Assembly (NCBI GenBank): GCA_019058245.1
Contig: JAHPZJ010000013.1
Coordinates: 137,166 to 201,165 of the forward strand
DNA length: 64,000 nt
Source: Promethearchaeota archaeon
Lineage (GTDB): Archaea > Asgardarchaeota > Lokiarchaeia > Sigyniarchaeales > SOKP01
Reading direction: 5' to 3'
The notes beneath the pieces are model-generated. The model did no database searches. It was not told the origin of the DNA and saw nothing but the letters and a program-made list of their open reading frames with translations. The position numbers and the translations under genes were made by a program. Below, in pieces: positions 59,522-64,000 of this stretch. Each line of letters starts with the position of its first letter. Position 1 is the stretch's first letter.

Positions 59522-60502
59522 TTATTTCTTGTCTGAAGATTTGAGATTTACAAGAGTAATTCCAAATATAACTAAACATAAAGCAAATGGATATATAAAA
59601 ATGTCAAATTGTTCTTGCAAAAATATCGCAGAAAAAATCACTCCAAATAAAGGTACTAGAGTTTGGAATATTGCAGCTCGGCTGGCACTCAAACGTTTCA
59701 CACCTTCTAGATAAAATGTATATGCACCTATTGTAGATAAAAATGCTAAATATGCAATTCCTATCCAAATACGTGGAGGGATTGACACATATTCAAGTGG
59801 ATTAATGAATTCTGGGCTAATAATTAAAGCGATTGGAATAGTTATTAAAAAACCAAAAAATGATACCCAAGTCATAATCCATATCGAACTTGGTTGATAG
59901 GATTCAGGTTTACTTTTGGTCTGGTTCAGAAAAGATCGTGAAATAACAGTATAAGAACCATAGGCAAATGCCGCTAAAAGGACTAAGATATCTCCTAATA
60001 TTCGATTAGATACATTAACGTTTGGAGAAAATCCCACTACGATAATAACAGCTATGAAAGCCAGTAAAGTCCCTATAGCTTTTTTCCAAGTAAAGAATTC
60101 TGATTTTAAAAATATACTTGATAAGATTACAACCCATATAGCATTTGTAGCAACCATTATACTCGCATCACTAGCAGCTGTAAAAATTTCTCCAATAAGA
60201 TATCCTGCTTGATAAATTGTGACTGAAAGCAATCCCATTACTGTCAGAATTTTCCAATTTTCTTTGGTAAATTGCCAATTTAGTGTACCCTCTTTATATT
60301 TGAGGATAAGAAAAAAACAAATTACTGCTAAGAAATATCGAATAACAGCTATCATAAATGGGGGGATGGTTTCTCCCCCAACTTCTTCAGAAACTAACCA
60401 TCGCCCTATTGGCCAAGTACCACCCCAGATTACCATTGTTAGGATTAACAATAAATACGCAATTATTTCATCCTTGTTCTTAACCTTTAGAATTCTATTC
60501 AA
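59522..60502 (-). CDS. DMT/EamA transporter
   Basis: IWGGTW, two EamA repeats, about 10 TMs. Confidence 0.9.
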   Translation of the reverse strand: MNRILKVKNKDEIIAYLLLILTMVIWGGTWPIGRWLVSEEVGGETIPPFMIAVIRYFLAVICFFLILKYKEGTLNWQFTKENWKILTVMGLLSVTIYQAGYLIGEIFTAASDASIMVATNAIWVVILSSIFLKSEFFTWKKAIGTLLAFIAVIIVVGFSPNVNVSNRILGDILVLLAAFAYGSYTVISRSFLNQTKSKPESYQPSSIWIMTWVSFFGFLITIPIALIISPEFINPLEYVSIPPRIWIGIAYLAFLSTIGAYTFYLEGVKRLSASRAAIFQTLVPLFGVIFSAIFLQEQFDIFIYPFALCLVIFGITLVNLKSSDKK

Positions 60503-60547
60503 TTATTCTTCACGTTTAATTTTTTTATTGAACACAAATCTTACATA

Positions 60548-61201
60548 TTAAAATCTTATTTTTTCATACCATTTTGAAATTAATTCATGGTTTTTTATAT
60601 ATCTAAGAAGATAAAGTGAAATAACTCCAAAAATTATGGTTTCACTTATCCATATAAGTTGATAAATTGTTAAATTGCGTTCAATTTGTATTCCTCCTAT
60701 ATTAATTGGTCCAAAATCAACTATAGAGTATAGTAAGATATCAGGTGATTGGAGTATTAGTGGAAAAAATAATTCAATGGTTGCATGTGCTGGCAAATCT
60801 AATAAAATGTGAGTAAAACCCCCAATTAAAGCAGAATATGATGCGACAATATAGAATTTCCTATTATATTCTTTTTCTTTTAAGGAATCCCATTCATCAA
60901 TTCCAAAATATCTCATGGGTTTAGTAAGAATTCCATCTTTCTTAGCAAGCTTAGCTAGAAAAGGACCTATATATTTACAAAATAATATTGTTAATATAAC
61001 TGTTAAAGGTATAGTATATATTACTAATCCCAATAGACTATGAGTAATTCCTCTAAGGTTAGTTGAGAAAAAGGGGTCAATGACAACAACTATATCAGGA
61101 ACAAAAGTACTAATGCATAAAGCAGTTCCATCGAATTTTTTTGGATACTTTATTTTAAGTAATAATCCTGGTGCTTGATGAGAAAATACGCTACTTGGCA
61201 T
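60548..61201 (-). CDS. DUF4184-like membrane metal-dependent hydrolase
   Basis: SHQAP, VPD, THS, THILLD. Confidence 0.8.
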   Translation of the reverse strand: MPSSVFSHQAPGLLLKIKYPKKFDGTALCISTFVPDIVVVIDPFFSTNLRGITHSLLGLVIYTIPLTVILTILFCKYIGPFLAKLAKKDGILTKPMRYFGIDEWDSLKEKEYNRKFYIVASYSALIGGFTHILLDLPAHATIELFFPLILQSPDILLYSIVDFGPINIGGIQIERNLTIYQLIWISETIIFGVISLYLLRYIKNHELISKWYEKIRF

Positions 61202-61247
61202 ATGATTAATAAATTCTCTTTAATAAAATGAATTTGAGAATGCTTAT

Positions 61248-62063
61248 TTAACTTTTTGAAAAACCACCATGATGAAATTCTATTGAGTAAGGAACATTCA
61301 AGGATTTACAATAAGCATCTATTTCTACTTCTATTTTTTCCCAATGACTATTATCCATTCTAAACTTCTGATAAGTTGATAGAAGTTCAGGATAATTATT
61401 TTTGATTATTTTTAGAATTCTTGGAATATTATATGGTCTGAAATTCAAATTTTCAAACATATATGAATCTGTATAATTCAAGGTTTTATCAATAATGTCT
61501 TTAAAATTAGTTATTCTTGGGAAAAAAGGGGAAATAAATGTATATGTTTTTATTCCTTTTTCATGTATCTTTCTTAATGCATCTATTCTTTCAATGGGTC
61601 GTGAAGCACCTTTTTCTATTAATTTAGAAAAATTTTCATCTAAAGTACTAATTGAAATTCCTACTTCCAAATCATCAAATTTTTTAAATAATTCAATATC
61701 CCTTACGACAAATTTAGATTTTGTTAATATTGAAACATGAGCGGTTGTGTTAACAAGTTTTTCTAATATCCTCTTTGTATTTTGATATTTTAATTCAAGT
61801 GGGATATACGGATCAGTAACCGAGCTTAAAAGTAATCGTTTTCCATTATATTTCTGTGGTTTTATCTTATCAAAGTCGTAAGTTTTTATATCTATAAATT
61901 GTCCCCATTTATCGCCCTTATGTCCGCTGAATCTTATCATAAATTCAGCATAACAATAAATACAGCCATGTTGACAACCGATATAAGGATTGATTACATA
62001 ATCAATTGAAGGAATATTACTCTTCGTTATTATATTTTTAGCTTCGCGAAACTTAATTTTCAT
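61248..62063 (-). CDS. SPL-like radical SAM protein
   Basis: INPYIGCQHGCIYCYA, SSVTDPY, ILTKS. Confidence 0.9.
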   Translation of the reverse strand: MKIKFREAKNIITKSNIPSIDYVINPYIGCQHGCIYCYAEFMIRFSGHKGDKWGQFIDIKTYDFDKIKPQKYNGKRLLLSSVTDPYIPLELKYQNTKRILEKLVNTTAHVSILTKSKFVVRDIELFKKFDDLEVGISISTLDENFSKLIEKGASRPIERIDALRKIHEKGIKTYTFISPFFPRITNFKDIIDKTLNYTDSYMFENLNFRPYNIPRILKIIKNNYPELLSTYQKFRMDNSHWEKIEVEIDAYCKSLNVPYSIEFHHGGFSKS

Positions 62064-62156
62064 TTTTTAAAATAAAAAATGTAGATAATTTGAAATTATA
62101 TAAATTATTAAAAGTTTTAAACTTAATAACGTGTATTTAATGGATTCAAATTTGCT

Positions 62157-62705
62157 ATGAATCTTCCTAATCAAATTGAGACTAAGAGACTTAAATTAAG
62201 ACCATTTAATCCAGATGATTTTAAAATTTTTTCAAATATTATTGAAGATGAAGAGATATCTAATAACCTAAAATTTGTTTTAAATATTAAACCTGAATGT
62301 AATAAAACTACACTTTTTCAAATTATAATTAATTCTTATAGTACTGATCATCCTCTACTTGCTTTAGTTATTAGTTCTAAATTTGAGGAACAGATGATTG
62401 GTTATTGTGGATTAATAACCTTAGAAGATGAACAAGAAGCAGAAATTTTCTATACCCTACTCCATAGATATAGAGGTTATGGGTACGCTATTGAAGCAGT
62501 GAAAAAACTTATACAATTTGCTTTTAAAGGATTGAATTTGAAAAGATTAATAATATTTCTTCATCCAACAAATTCAAAAGCATGGAAAGTTGCTGAAAGA
62601 ACAGGTATGAAATATTTGGGTCAAAGAGATATATCAGCAATATCATCTAAAGCTATGTTTTTTTCAATAGAGAAGACAGAATTTGATGCACAATCATATT
62701 ATTAA
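62157..62705 (+). CDS. GNAT N-acetyltransferase, RimJ/RimL family
   Basis: IETKRLKLRP, YRGYGYAIEA, N..AWKVAERTGM. Confidence 0.9.
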   Translation: MNLPNQIETKRLKLRPFNPDDFKIFSNIIEDEEISNNLKFVLNIKPECNKTTLFQIIINSYSTDHPLLALVISSKFEEQMIGYCGLITLEDEQEAEIFYTLLHRYRGYGYAIEAVKKLIQFAFKGLNLKRLIIFLHPTNSKAWKVAERTGMKYLGQRDISAISSKAMFFSIEKTEFDAQSYY

Positions 62706-62848
62706 AGTCATAATCCTATTTTGGATAACTTATTGGAATATATTCATGATCTAAGGCTTTTTTATATTAATTTTTATGGTATGTTAGATTACTTCAATAT
62801 AATTTATTTTTGTGATAATTAGATTATAATTAATATTATTGAATTCTT

Positions 62849-63208
62849 ATGTCTAAACAACCGAATTTGAAAGAAATGTTCCAAGAATGGAATGATTTGA
62901 ACTCTAAAGCTCAAGAGTCCATGGGTCAATTTGACTTCTCAAATATTAAGAAAATTAGAGAAAGTCAGAAAATTATTGAAGATGCAATTTATGAAATCTT
63001 AAAAGAAAATGCACCAGAAGACATTAAAAAGATAATTCCAGAAGATTGTGGAGAAATGGAGGTTGGATATGACACAGAGGGGAATAAATTCTATTTCGTT
63101 ATGATGGATCCTGAATACGAAGATGAAGAAGAAATAGAACTTATTGCTATAACTATAGATATCAATAAAACAATTTCCATGATTAAAGATTTTAGCATCG
63201 AAGAGTAG
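62849..63208 (+). CDS. Acidic hypothetical protein
   Basis: 119-aa ORF with normal codon pattern. Confidence 0.7.
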   Translation: MSKQPNLKEMFQEWNDLNSKAQESMGQFDFSNIKKIRESQKIIEDAIYEILKENAPEDIKKIIPEDCGEMEVGYDTEGNKFYFVMMDPEYEDEEEIELIAITIDINKTISMIKDFSIEE

Positions 63209-63439
63209 AATATTTTAGTTATTAATGACTTCAAATCAATAAAAAAGATAAAAATAAATAATTAGGTTAAAATTATTCTAATAATATTATCCTAGATTGC
63301 TAAAAATCTGACATTTTTGCATAATTAATGATTAAAATAGTGTGAATTTAAAATATCAATCCCCTCATCTTTTCGAGTTGGTCCTAGAACTACAAATGTT
63401 CTTGCGAAAAAGAGATATCTAATTATTTATTTTCTGATT

Positions 63440-64000
63440 ATGACATTAAGTGCTCAACCACTATTATTGTGGTTATGGTATTTTTGGCAATTCTTCCCTA
63501 CAACAAATTTTATTTTTTTCATCTTTTTTCCATTGTTTTTCTTTTTAGGAATTATAATTCTTATATTAAGCGCAGCTATAATTGCTAAGATATTTTTAAT
63601 CTTCATAAATATATTACATAAACCAAAAGAGGGCACTTTCTTAAGAGATAGAGATGATAAAGACTATTGCTATTGGAGTTTAAGGGCAGTTGTTAGAAAA
63701 TGGCCTATATGGTTAGCACGACAATTATCTTTACCTTTGCTTGAGATATTAGTATTGAAAATATTAGGGGTAAGAACATCTTTTTCAAATTCTTTGTATA
63801 AGGGATGGATTGATTGTGAATTTATTGAGTTTGGAAAAAATATTAAGGTTGGACAAGGTAGTTTTATTATTTCAAATATTATCATACAAGATAAATTAAT
63901 TATTAAAAGGGTCTCCATAGAAGATAATGTAATTATAGGTGCTAATGCGATAGTTATGCCGGGAACGGTAATTGAATCTAATACAATCCTAGATACGATT
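63440..64000 (+). CDS. Membrane protein with left-handed beta-helix (acyltransferase-like), cut by window end
   Basis: Open frame ...HKPKEGTF...IEFGKNIKVGQGS...IEDNVIIGANAIVMPGTVIE; start uncertain, the frame is open from about 63341. Confidence 0.8.
   Translation, partial: MTLSAQPLLLWLWYFWQFFPTTNFIFFIFFPLFFFLGIIILILSAAIIAKIFLIFINILHKPKEGTFLRDRDDKDYCYWSLRAVVRKWPIWLARQLSLPLLEILVLKILGVRTSFSNSLYKGWIDCEFIEFGKNIKVGQGSFIISNIIIQDKLIIKRVSIEDNVIIGANAIVMPGTVIESNTILDTI

Noticed and set aside
1375-63918. Short ORFs overlapping longer genes (e.g. 3301-3576, 4985-5296, 10110-10409, 22264-22596, 37208-37627, 49958-50314, 63454-63918)
   Set aside because: Antisense or alternate-frame shadows of well-supported genes, with no motifs.

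Overview
Very AT-rich archaeal chromosome segment whose gene content points to an Asgard archaeon (Lokiarchaeia-like): roadblock pair, longin-like proteins, a eukaryote-type ubiquitin-fold protein, a vWA-RING protein, an AN1 zinc finger and a eukaryote-like SECIS. Main blocks: (1) a divergent fwdG-like/B/D/A operon with substituted catalytic residues, next to an Mrp/ApbC gene; (2) an unannotated 86-aa single-pass membrane selenoprotein candidate (GG-U-G-C, 9016-9276, minus) with an AUGA/AA/GA SECIS directly after its stop; (3) a tandem duplication of membrane-protein paralogs followed by a ~350-nt heavily base-paired non-coding RNA candidate (14715-15065, minus); (4) housekeeping and eukaryotic-signature genes, including metG and a divergent RtcB-like protein; (5) a ~10-kb cluster tusA-dsrE-dsrF-dsrH-dsrE2-hdrCBA-mvhD-mvhG-like-[FrhB with inserted GltD module]-tusA, lacking a hydrogenase large subunit and divergent from an Lrp regulator; (6) a sugar porter plus glucoamylase cassette between that Lrp gene and a decayed Lrp copy. 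Several conserved genes have no ATG/GTG/TTG at their true N-terminus and appear to start at ACG, ATT or TTA behind Shine-Dalgarno-like motifs. I saw no tRNA, rRNA, CRISPR array or transposase. All family calls come from motif recognition by eye, with no database search.
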